DNA of 64,000 bases from Candidatus Latescibacterota bacterium (GTDB lineage Bacteria > Latescibacterota > UBA2968 > GCA-2709665). The position numbers and the translations under genes were made by a program. This document shows positions 28,670 to 37,087 of the stretch, piece after piece. The stretch's first letter is position 1. Every line of letters begins with the position of its first letter. The notes beneath the pieces were generated by a model. It was not told the DNA's origin, searched no databases, and saw only the letters and a list, made by a program, of their open reading frames with translations. The stretch spans positions 5,120,001 through 5,184,000 of the forward strand of contig OZ220733.1 of NCBI GenBank assembly GCA_965116875.1, in the 5' to 3' direction.

Positions 28670-30778
28670 CTACATGACGCCGTACCAGCCGTACTGGTCT
28701 TCGGGAACAAGCACGAAATTGGACCGCGCCGCGGGATACCACGTGTCCGGATTCCTCTCCCGGTGATCGTCCACGGCGCGCACTTCCACAAAGTACATTC
28801 TGTTGGCTTCCGGCACCTTCCAGACAATTGACGTGTCCACGGTCGTTTCGGCCGTCACTTCCTCACGACACGCTCGATCATTGAAAACCCGCACGTCGTA
28901 TTCGACCCCGCCGCCGCCCATCTTTATCGCCCGAGCCCAGTTCAAGCGGACCTCTTGCCCGCCCACCCGCTGCGCCGGCAACGGAAGGGCAAACGTTGGC
29001 GGATGCTCCTTGTCGGCCCCCAGATAGTACGAGTAATACGGCTCCGACCCCCAGATGCCGAATACGTACCCCAGAATCCAGAACCGGTCTTCGCTCTCGA
29101 GCAACTCGGGATCGTACGCGAAGCACTCCTGGGCGAAGCCATCGGCGAAATAAACGTCCGCCTTCAGTTCGGCCACGGACAACACGCGCCCCGCCTTGTG
29201 CGGCTGATTGGCGCCGAAAAACAGCGCGTCCACAATATGATCGCCGCCGTCGTACGTGGCCTCCGCGACCACGTGGTGGGAGAGACCGACCGTCCGAACA
29301 GGAATGCCCAGCGCTTCCAGAATCGCCACCGTGACCGCAACGCCCTGCCCGCACCGGGCATCGTGTGCCTCGAGTATGGCCACCGGGTCCCGGGTATCGG
29401 GTATCTGGACCGGATTGTAGTACAGCGTCCGATTCACGTAACCCGCAACCTCTTTAACCGCTTCCGCGTCCGATGACAGCCCGGCCGTGATGGTCCTGGC
29501 AAGGTGTCCGAGGTACCTCGACCGATCGGTCCTGGATGCACGGCGGACCAGTTCGGCCTCCACCCCGGGCGGATAGTCCGTCGCGGGGCCCTCCATATTC
29601 ACGGTGGGCGGCGTCCATGGCGAATGCGGCAGATAGAGTGACCTCTCCGCGCCGTACGTGCGGCGGTACCGATTCAGATGCGCACCCCGGTCAAACGCCG
29701 TGTCATGATTGCCGAAACCCGGCTCCTGTGCGGCCGGTTCGCTTTGCAGTACAATCCAGGAACCGAAAGCCTTACCCGGCTTCCCGGGTTGCGCGTAGGG
29801 AATGGTCGTTCCCGTAATCGCGAATCGATCGCCGTCCGTCCAGTGATAACAAAGCAGCGGGACCCCGTCCGGCTGTTCCGGCGCCGTGAGGTAGTCGAAT
29901 GTTCCGGTATCCGGGTCGAATACCAGAAAACGGTCAAGAAACCGGGGTGAATCCCCGTCGATCGTCAGAGGCCCGTCAGGGATCACGATCCGACCCGTTT
30001 TCGGATCGAGGCGGCTCGGATGCATATATGTACTCAGGCAGATATACGCACAGCCCCCGAAGCCGAACCCGCCACCCATGAATCCGTACACACTGCCGTG
30101 GTCCGGCGTGGGAATCGGTTCTTCCCAACGGCCGCTGACCGGCTCCAGCGGCAGAATCCGGCCCCTTGAAACGTCCCACGTGTAAAGCAGGCCGCGATGC
30201 ATGAGGTGTCCGGATAGCGAGGCTTCGGGATAGGGACCGGGGCGCTCGTCAACGAATCGTTCTTCAGCGGGATCGAACCTGATTATTCTTGAGGGATCGG
30301 TCAATGGTGACCAGACCATCCCCTCAACGTACCACCCGCTTGCCAGTTGCCCTTCGAACGGGCAGTCCACGACACGCGGCTGCGCCAGCGGGCCGTCCAG
30401 AACCAGAACCCTGGATTCCGAACGCTCGAAGAGCAGCACCTTGCCACAAGGCGTCTTGAGTCCGTACCAGACGATGGGCCGGGCTGCGGGGATCTGCCGC
30501 CTTTCACACGTTCGACGCTCCGGATCGAATACCAGGTAGTACGGCAGGTCCCCCATGGTGAGCAACAGCCTGTCTTCCCATGCGATGACCTGGACCACCG
30601 ATCGACCCGCCATTTCTGCCACCGGCATCCGGACCGACTCCGCTGTTCGTAAATTATGGCCTGTCAATCGGTTGCGCCCACAACCCTCCCATAGCCAGTC
30701 CGATCCGTCGACGTCAATTCCGAACGGTCTTCCGGTTTGAATTTCGTCGTGCCTGTACATCCAAACCTGATTTTTCAT
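28670..30778 (-). CDS. Hypothetical protein: beta-propeller-like N-terminus plus transglutaminase-like domain
   Basis: ARCGQ..ALGIPVR..HHVVAE..IVDA Cys-His-Asp arrangement; repeated FDP/LDP blade-like motifs. Confidence 0.7.
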   Translation of the reverse strand: MKNQVWMYRHDEIQTGRPFGIDVDGSDWLWEGCGRNRLTGHNLRTAESVRMPVAEMAGRSVVQVIAWEDRLLLTMGDLPYYLVFDPERRTCERRQIPAARPIVWYGLKTPCGKVLLFERSESRVLVLDGPLAQPRVVDCPFEGQLASGWYVEGMVWSPLTDPSRIIRFDPAEERFVDERPGPYPEASLSGHLMHRGLLYTWDVSRGRILPLEPVSGRWEEPIPTPDHGSVYGFMGGGFGFGGCAYICLSTYMHPSRLDPKTGRIVIPDGPLTIDGDSPRFLDRFLVFDPDTGTFDYLTAPEQPDGVPLLCYHWTDGDRFAITGTTIPYAQPGKPGKAFGSWIVLQSEPAAQEPGFGNHDTAFDRGAHLNRYRRTYGAERSLYLPHSPWTPPTVNMEGPATDYPPGVEAELVRRASRTDRSRYLGHLARTITAGLSSDAEAVKEVAGYVNRTLYYNPVQIPDTRDPVAILEAHDARCGQGVAVTVAILEALGIPVRTVGLSHHVVAEATYDGGDHIVDALFFGANQPHKAGRVLSVAELKADVYFADGFAQECFAYDPELLESEDRFWILGYVFGIWGSEPYYSYYLGADKEHPPTFALPLPAQRVGGQEVRLNWARAIKMGGGGVEYDVRVFNDRACREEVTAETTVDTSIVWKVPEANRMYFVEVRAVDDHRERNPDTWYPAARSNFVLVPEDQYGWYGVM

Positions 30779-30924
30779 TGGCTGTCCCTCACTGGAGGCG
30801 TTGCCCGCCAAATCCCTTTTTTTAAAAGAATGCTCGCCCGCCACGGGACGCCCCGCCCTGAACAGCCCATTGAAAAAACACATCCAGGTTGCGTAGCGAC
30901 GATATCAACGGACCGTTAAACCGG

Positions 30925-30952
30925 TTGACAAATCAAAAAGAACCGCTAATTT
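30925..30952 (+). promoter_or_regulatory. Putative sigma70 promoter
   Basis: TTGACA-16 nt-TAATTT upstream of the cytidylate kinase-like gene. Confidence 0.5.
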
Positions 30953-31029
30953 ATGCCGAAATTTGGGCCCTGTACCCTTCCGCTTCATCCGGAATTCCAA
31001 TGCGGCATCTCACATCGGCGAGGCTCCCC

Positions 31030-31722
31030 ATGGGTGTGATTACCGTTTCAAGAGAATACGGCAGCGACGGGCGATCGGTCGCACAAAAGGCGGCGGATCT
31101 GCTGGGTTATCTATGCATGAACAAAGACCTGCTGGTGGAAGTGGCCAATGAAGCCGAGATCCCGGTTTCTGAAGCCGAACGCTTCGATGAACGCCCTGAA
31201 CATCCCGCCATGCGTGTGATTCGAAAGTTCCTCACGCCGGGCCATCCGGAAGCCATTACCGGTCTTTCCGAGTACGAATGGTGGGCGACCGCCACGGTGC
31301 CCGAATTGACCGGACGAAGCGATGCCGGTCTGTCCCTTCCGGACGAGGAATCCTTTGTCAACATCACACGTGAAGTCGTCACGCGGCTGGCCGAACGGGA
31401 CAACGTGGTTCTGGTGGGCCGGGGCGGGCAGGTGCTGCTGAGAGATCGGCCGGATACCCTCCATCTGCGGGTGGTTGCCCCCATGGAGTACCGGATTCAG
31501 GTGGTTATGGAGCGGGAAGATCTGGAATCGGATGCCGCGGCGAAACGCATCCGCAAGATGGACGAATACCGAAGACGCTACCTCAAACGGCACTACGGCA
31601 TCGCCTGGAATGCTTCCGAAAACTATCACCTGACGCTCAATACCCGGCAGACCGGTATCGAAGGCGCCGCCGGCATCGTCGCCGAAGCCGTGCGGTATAT
31701 GGTCAAGGCAAGGCGAAACTGA
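31030..31722 (+). CDS. Cytidylate kinase-like family protein
   Basis: ITVSREYGSDG, VVLVGRGG, YHLTLNT. Confidence 0.85.
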   Translation: MGVITVSREYGSDGRSVAQKAADLLGYLCMNKDLLVEVANEAEIPVSEAERFDERPEHPAMRVIRKFLTPGHPEAITGLSEYEWWATATVPELTGRSDAGLSLPDEESFVNITREVVTRLAERDNVVLVGRGGQVLLRDRPDTLHLRVVAPMEYRIQVVMEREDLESDAAAKRIRKMDEYRRRYLKRHYGIAWNASENYHLTLNTRQTGIEGAAGIVAEAVRYMVKARRN

Positions 31723-31761
31723 CCGCGCACGGCCGGAAAACATTGAAGCACGCACAAAGAT

Positions 31762-31788
31762 GCCCCGGGGATCCCTCCGGGGCGTTTT
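31762..31788 (+). terminator. Intrinsic terminator
   Basis: GCCCCGG-loop-CCGGGGC followed by GTTTT. Confidence 0.6.
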
Positions 31789-31814
31789 GCTCTCTGAATC
31801 AATCCTGACCTCGT

Positions 31815-32255
31815 TTATTCTTCTTCCCTGAGCAACTCCACCAGCATTTCCAGCGCCGCGATATATCCCCGCCATTTGAAACCGGCAACCTGCCCAACCA
31901 CGATCGCCGAAAAGCAGGAATGCCGCCGGAACGCTTCCCTGGCATGGATATTTGACAGATGCACCTCCACCGTTGGCAGCTGGCTGTCTTCAACGGCATC
32001 CCGCAGCGAGTAACCGAACCCCGTCAGACCCGCCGGATTGAGTATGACTCCCTGGACGCGCTCCCTCGCCTCGTGGACCCTGTCGACGAGATCGCCCTCG
32101 TGGTTGGACTGCAGGAATTCCAACTCGCAGCCCACCTCGCTCGCGCGTTTCTGGAGCCTGGCGTGGATCTCGTCCAGCGTAACGAGACCATAGTGATCCG
32201 CCTTCCGTTTCCCAAGCATATTCAGGTTGGGTCCCTGGAGCACGAGTATTTTCAT
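31815..32255 (-). CDS. aroQ: Type II 3-dehydroquinate dehydratase
   Basis: GPNLNMLGKR, QSNHEG, NPAG, EVHLSNIHAREAFR. Confidence 0.95.
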   Translation of the reverse strand: MKILVLQGPNLNMLGKRKADHYGLVTLDEIHARLQKRASEVGCELEFLQSNHEGDLVDRVHEARERVQGVILNPAGLTGFGYSLRDAVEDSQLPTVEVHLSNIHAREAFRRHSCFSAIVVGQVAGFKWRGYIAALEMLVELLREEE

Positions 32256-32326
32256 GTCGACTTCTCCATTTCCAATCCGAAACGCCGCGTATCCGCGCTC
32301 AATCCGGCCACCTTCGGGATCAATTC

Positions 32327-33400
32327 CTAGAGATATCCCGCGCGGTCATTCCGCAATGCCGACACAACGTCTCTCACGCGCTGCGCCTTGTCGCGCCGGC
32401 AGATCAGCAGCGCGTCGGGCGTATCGACGACGACCAGACCCTCCACGTCCACGAGGGCGATCAGTTTGCCCTCGACGCCATACGCCGTGTTGTCTCGTGA
32501 ATTCAGATTCAACACCTCGCCGGAGACCAGATTGCCATCGGCGTCCACGGGAAGGATATCCGCCAGCGCGCCCCAACTGCCGATATCGCTCCAGTCAATA
32601 TCCGCTTCCAGGGTGGCCACCCGCGGCGCACGTTCAATAACGGCATTGTCTATGGCCACCTCCGTCATCCGGGGATATTCCCGCGCGATGACATCCTGTT
32701 CCGACCCGGTGCCCACCGCCTCCTGAATGCGCATCAGAATCCGGTGGAGTTCCGGCTCAAACTGCTCGAACAACGCCAGGACCGTACGCGCCTTCCAGAC
32801 AAACATGTTGCTGTTCCAGAGATAGTCGCCGCTTTCAACGTATCGCCTCGCGGTCTGCTCATCGGGCTTCTCCCTGAACCGCGCCACGCTGTACACCGGC
32901 TCACCGTTTGCCCGCATGGCAACGCTGCCCTTCCGGATGTAGCCGTACCCCGTCTCCACGCGGGTGGGTTTCACCCCAAGCGTAAAGAGGGCGTCGGGAT
33001 CCATCTTCGCGGCTTCTTCGGCCACGCGAAGCAGCCGGCAGAACTCCCCGGGCCTGCCGATATGGTGGTCGGAGCCAAGGCTGGCCACCGTACAACCGGG
33101 GTACCTGCTTTCGAGAAGTACGCATTCGAGTCCCACTGCGGGTCCGGTATTGCGCAATGCCGGCTCGACGATCAGCCCGGTCCCGGGCAGTTCGGGGAGC
33201 TGTTCACGAACCAGCGCGACCAGGTCGCTGCCCGTTGAAACGTGGAGATTGCGCACGTCCACCAGCGGCCGGATCCGGTGCACAGCCTCCTGCAGCATGG
33301 TGCGTTCTCCCACCATCCTGTGGAACTGCTTGGGCCGCGACGTCCGGCTGTAAGGCCACAGGCGGGTACCGAAACCGCCGGCCCGAATGACGAATTTCAT
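32327..33400 (-). CDS. manC: Mannose-1-phosphate guanylyltransferase
   Basis: AGGFGTRLWPYSR..PKQF, RNTGPA, ETGYGYI, FREKP, WSDIGSW. Confidence 0.9.
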   Translation of the reverse strand: MKFVIRAGGFGTRLWPYSRTSRPKQFHRMVGERTMLQEAVHRIRPLVDVRNLHVSTGSDLVALVREQLPELPGTGLIVEPALRNTGPAVGLECVLLESRYPGCTVASLGSDHHIGRPGEFCRLLRVAEEAAKMDPDALFTLGVKPTRVETGYGYIRKGSVAMRANGEPVYSVARFREKPDEQTARRYVESGDYLWNSNMFVWKARTVLALFEQFEPELHRILMRIQEAVGTGSEQDVIAREYPRMTEVAIDNAVIERAPRVATLEADIDWSDIGSWGALADILPVDADGNLVSGEVLNLNSRDNTAYGVEGKLIALVDVEGLVVVDTPDALLICRRDKAQRVRDVVSALRNDRAGYL

Positions 33401-33930
33401 CGTGTTTCCTGTTTTCCGGCCGAATTCCCGGATACCGGAGGATTCACCCTCACTGCGCGGATGGCGCCGCCGCACGCCGCGTCTTCCACGGCAAGAAACG
33501 GGCCCGGAAACGCGGATTCCTCTGCCTGGAGGGCCAGATTCAACGCATATCTGGCGTTTTCGACAAGGTCCAGGTCATCCACGCGATCCAGGTCGACCCA
33601 CTGGAGCCGCCCTTCGTTGCATTCACGCAACGATTCACGATCGGTTTGCCCCGAAAAGAATACCACGGTGGTGAGGTCGCCGTCTTCTATCCGGGAGAAA
33701 ACGACGCGGATCTCAAGGTTCCGGATGTCCTCCGCTTCGATGCCGGCTTCCTCGCTCACCTCGCGGAGCGCCGCCGCTTCAAGATCGTCCATCTCGCCGG
33801 GTTCCGCCCGGCCCCCGACTCCTGTCCATCGGCCCGGCGCGAACCGCTTGCGGGACCCACGCTCAAGTAACAAAACACGGTTTTTCCGAAACAGAAAAAC
33901 CGTCACATAGACGTTCAGACCCGCACCCAC
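33397..33930 (-). CDS. NUDIX hydrolase
   Basis: GGRAEPGE..AALREVSEEAG Nudix box. Confidence 0.85.
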   Translation of the reverse strand: MGAGLNVYVTVFLFRKNRVLLLERGSRKRFAPGRWTGVGGRAEPGEMDDLEAAALREVSEEAGIEAEDIRNLEIRVVFSRIEDGDLTTVVFFSGQTDRESLRECNEGRLQWVDLDRVDDLDLVENARYALNLALQAEESAFPGPFLAVEDAACGGAIRAVRVNPPVSGNSAGKQETR

Positions 33931-34019
33931 GTCAGCCTCTTATGAGTTTGCCGCCCGGAGATCGGAACGCCCGGGCGTCCGGGTCCCCGGTCGCGCGCCA
34001 ACTCAGGCGTGATCCGAGG

Positions 34020-34895
34020 TCATACACGCACCCCCGCGCCGGATCGCGAGTTCAACAACAGCGAATACAGCCTGGCCAGCGTCTGCCGCATTTCGTTGCG
34101 CGGCACGATCATGTCGACAAATCCGTGCTCAAGGACCTTTTCGGCGCGCTGGGCGCGACGGAGCGCCTCCAGTTCCTCCTCGCCCACCGAACTACCGGTA
34201 ATCCGCTCGCCCGTAAAGCCGATCAACGCATTGGGCTCCGCGATATTGATATCGCCGATCAGGGCATAGCTGGCGGACACTCCGGCGGTCGTGGGGTCCG
34301 TCAGTATGGAAATGAACAGCAGCCCCTCGTCTGCAAACCGCGCAAGCCTGGCGTTGATTTTGGCGAGCTGCATCAGCGAGAGCGCGCTTTCCTGCATCCG
34401 GGCGCCCCCCGATCGACAGATCAGGAGGAGGGGCAGGCGCTCCGTGATACACCGATCGATCAATCGGCAAAACCGCTCGCCCTCCGCCGACGACAGCGTA
34501 CCCATAATAAACGCGGGTTCGTGAATCCCCACGCCCACGCACCAACCATCGATCTTCCCGATCCCCACGCTGACCGCCGCGTCCAGGCCCGTGGCTTTGC
34601 GACCCTCCCGGATCCGATCGGCATAACGCTTGCGATCTTCGAATTGCAGCGGATCGGCGGACTTTACCTCCGTGGCAATCTCCTTGAAGGAGCCTTCGTC
34701 GAGAATATGGTCCAGGTACTCCTTATACCCGATCCTGAAATGCGCGCCGCAGTGGGGACAGATTCCGAACTCCTGCCGGACCTGCTTTCTGTAAAGCGTC
34801 TGGTGGCAACGTTCGCACTTGATCCACAGATTGTCGGGCATTGTCCTGCGGACGAGCGTCTTGATGCCGGACTTCAATCGGTCAAACCAATTCAC
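34020..34895 (-). CDS. accD: Acetyl-CoA carboxylase carboxyltransferase beta subunit
   Basis: LWIKCERC..CPHC zinc finger, SGGARMQES, DPTTAGVSAS, AEPNALIGF; probable GTG start at 34895. Confidence 0.95.
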   Translation of the reverse strand: MNWFDRLKSGIKTLVRRTMPDNLWIKCERCHQTLYRKQVRQEFGICPHCGAHFRIGYKEYLDHILDEGSFKEIATEVKSADPLQFEDRKRYADRIREGRKATGLDAAVSVGIGKIDGWCVGVGIHEPAFIMGTLSSAEGERFCRLIDRCITERLPLLLICRSGGARMQESALSLMQLAKINARLARFADEGLLFISILTDPTTAGVSASYALIGDINIAEPNALIGFTGERITGSSVGEEELEALRRAQRAEKVLEHGFVDMIVPRNEMRQTLARLYSLLLNSRSGAGVRV

Positions 34896-35300
34896 AATCA
34901 GGCTTCCTCCGAAATCCGTTGCGTTTTCATTTTCCCGCACCGCCGGAACCGGCTGTGGCGGAGCGCGAAATATACCCGCATTGCCGGATAGACACAAGAA
35001 AATTAACACATCGCAGGCATTTAGACGGCTCCCGTGCCCCAACCTGCGTTTTCACTGCGGCGCGCGTCGTGTCGGCTTCGCCCCCGGTTACTTCCCCGCG
35101 TTCACTGCCGGGTCATATAGATTTCCTGTTGACTTGCTTTCGCATATCTTATAGTTTTCCCACCGTGATCGACCGATTCAAGCTGCATAATGACCATCTG
35201 TTCGCGCCCATGGTATCCCTCTGCCATACTGCCGCTGCAAACGACCGCCATCGCTGTCACGTCCGGAAGAATTCACCCATTCCGAATTGGGAACCAATAC

Positions 35301-36185
35301 GTGCTGACAGAAAGCCTCAAGGTCTTTTGTGACCTTATAGAAACCCAGAGCTTCTCCAAGACCGCCCTGCTCAACGACGTCAGCCAGTCGGCCGTCAGTC
35401 AGCAACTCAAGAGCATCGAAAGACGACAGGGCCGGCAGCTGGTACAGCGGGAGAAAAGACGGCTCTCTCTTACCGCGGAAGGCGAAATCTTCTACGGCTG
35501 CGCCCGGGAGATCGTCCGGCGCTTCGATGAAATGCAACACCGACTGCAGGCGTTGAGCGGAGAAGTCTCGGGTACCGTACGGCTATCCGCCATTTACAGC
35601 GTGGGCATGATGGAACTGGCCCGGTTTCTGAAAACGTACATCAAGAGCCATCCCAAAGTCAATTTGCGATTGTCGTATGCCCAGGCGAGGAATATCTACG
35701 ACAACGTGGCAAGCGGCCAGATCGACCTGGGGGTCGTCGCCTTTCCCCGCTCCCGGCGAAACGTGGACGCGGTCCCGTTTGCGGAAGACCCGATGGTGGT
35801 GATCTGCTCCGTATCCAACCCGCTCAGCGTGCGGCCGAGTGTCAGCCCGGGTGAACTGGCCGAACTGCCGCTCATCCTGTTCACGCCCGAATTCCCTACC
35901 AGGACGGCGGTCGACCGGTACTTCAGGAAACACGGCGTGACCCTCCGGCCGGTCATGGAACTGGATCACATCGCCACCCTGATCCACGCCGTCGAGGTGG
36001 ATCTGGGAATCTCCCTGGTGCCTTCATCGGCGCTGCGACAGGGCCGCTTCAAAGATACCCTCAGGGCGCTTCCGCTTCGGGGAAAGCCGTTGATTCGCAC
36101 GCTGGGCGTCCTTCAGCGCAAGGGCCGCAGTCATTCCATGGCCACCCGAAGACTGTACGAAACGCTGACCCGTACCTGTCCATAA
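35301..36185 (+). CDS. LysR family transcriptional regulator
   Basis: SFSKTA..VSQSAVSQQLKSIE..LTAEGE HTH; substrate-binding domain follows. Confidence 0.9.
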   Translation: MLTESLKVFCDLIETQSFSKTALLNDVSQSAVSQQLKSIERRQGRQLVQREKRRLSLTAEGEIFYGCAREIVRRFDEMQHRLQALSGEVSGTVRLSAIYSVGMMELARFLKTYIKSHPKVNLRLSYAQARNIYDNVASGQIDLGVVAFPRSRRNVDAVPFAEDPMVVICSVSNPLSVRPSVSPGELAELPLILFTPEFPTRTAVDRYFRKHGVTLRPVMELDHIATLIHAVEVDLGISLVPSSALRQGRFKDTLRALPLRGKPLIRTLGVLQRKGRSHSMATRRLYETLTRTCP

Positions 36186-36192
36186 ACCGCTG

Positions 36193-36472
36193 CAAAAAGC
36201 CTGAATGTGGGTAGAGGTGAAACGGTAGAGGGTAGAGATTGCCCGCCTTGTGAGGCTTCTTTTCGTGCCGGAGGCAAGGAGGGATCAATTAGCTGGCAAG
36301 GATATCTTCTACCGTCTTACGTCTCCCGTCTACCCGCTTCAAAGGGTCCGGGGGGAGAGGTCCCCTTCACGACCAGTGACCCGGTTAATCCCGGTAATCC
36401 GCCTTCTAATCGCCTTTATTAACTGACACTTATTTGAAATAACGTCCACGAGAACTTACGAATCAACGTTAA
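36193..36472 (+). mobile_element. MITE-like element family 1, copy A (left end truncated; core in orientation 1)
   Basis: Colinear similarity with 40822-41143 and the reverse complement of 59405-59739; right end GAATCAACGTTAA. Confidence 0.8.
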
Positions 36473-36484
36473 TAAGGAGCCCTG

Positions 36485-37045
36485 ATGTCACTACCGGGCA
36501 GGGATGAAGCGTTTCAGCTGTTGTGCGAACACACGAGTAATCCGAACCTCGTCAAGCATATGCTGGCTGTCGAAGCGGCGATGCGGGCCTACGCCAGAAA
36601 ATTCGGACAGGACGAGAATCTGTGGGGCATCACCGGGTTGCTGCATGATTTCGACTACGAAAAACACCCCAGCCCCGAAGAGCATCCGATGGTCGGCGTC
36701 CGTATCCTTACGGAAAGAGGATATCCCGCGGACGTCATCCACGCCATCAAATCTCACGCCACGTACCTGGGTGTGCCCAGGAACAGCCTGCTGGACAGGG
36801 CCCTGTTCGCCGTGGATGAACTCACCGGGTTTATCGTCGCCGTTACGCTGATGCAGCCTTCCAGAAAGCTGGCGGACCTGAAGACCTCGTCCGTACGCAG
36901 GAAGATGAAACAGAAAGGATTCGCGCGGGCGGTCAGCCGGGACGACATCCTCACGGGGGCGTCGGAACTCGGGGTGGACCTGGACGAACACATCGCGTTC
37001 GTGCGTGACGCAATGGCCGGCATCGCGGACGAACTGGATCTATAG
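36485..37045 (+). CDS. HD-domain (HDIG) metal-dependent phosphohydrolase
   Basis: KHMLAVE, GLLHDFDYE, AIKSH, AVDELTG. Confidence 0.9.
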   Translation: MSLPGRDEAFQLLCEHTSNPNLVKHMLAVEAAMRAYARKFGQDENLWGITGLLHDFDYEKHPSPEEHPMVGVRILTERGYPADVIHAIKSHATYLGVPRNSLLDRALFAVDELTGFIVAVTLMQPSRKLADLKTSSVRRKMKQKGFARAVSRDDILTGASELGVDLDEHIAFVRDAMAGIADELDL

Positions 37046-37055
37046 CAGCCCGTTG

Positions 37056-37083
37056 AAAAAGCCCATCCGCACGCCGGATGGGC
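37056..37083 (-). terminator. Intrinsic terminator between convergent genes
   Basis: GCCCATCC-loop-GGATGGGC with a T-run on the minus strand. Confidence 0.6.
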
Positions 37084-37087
37084 CCGC

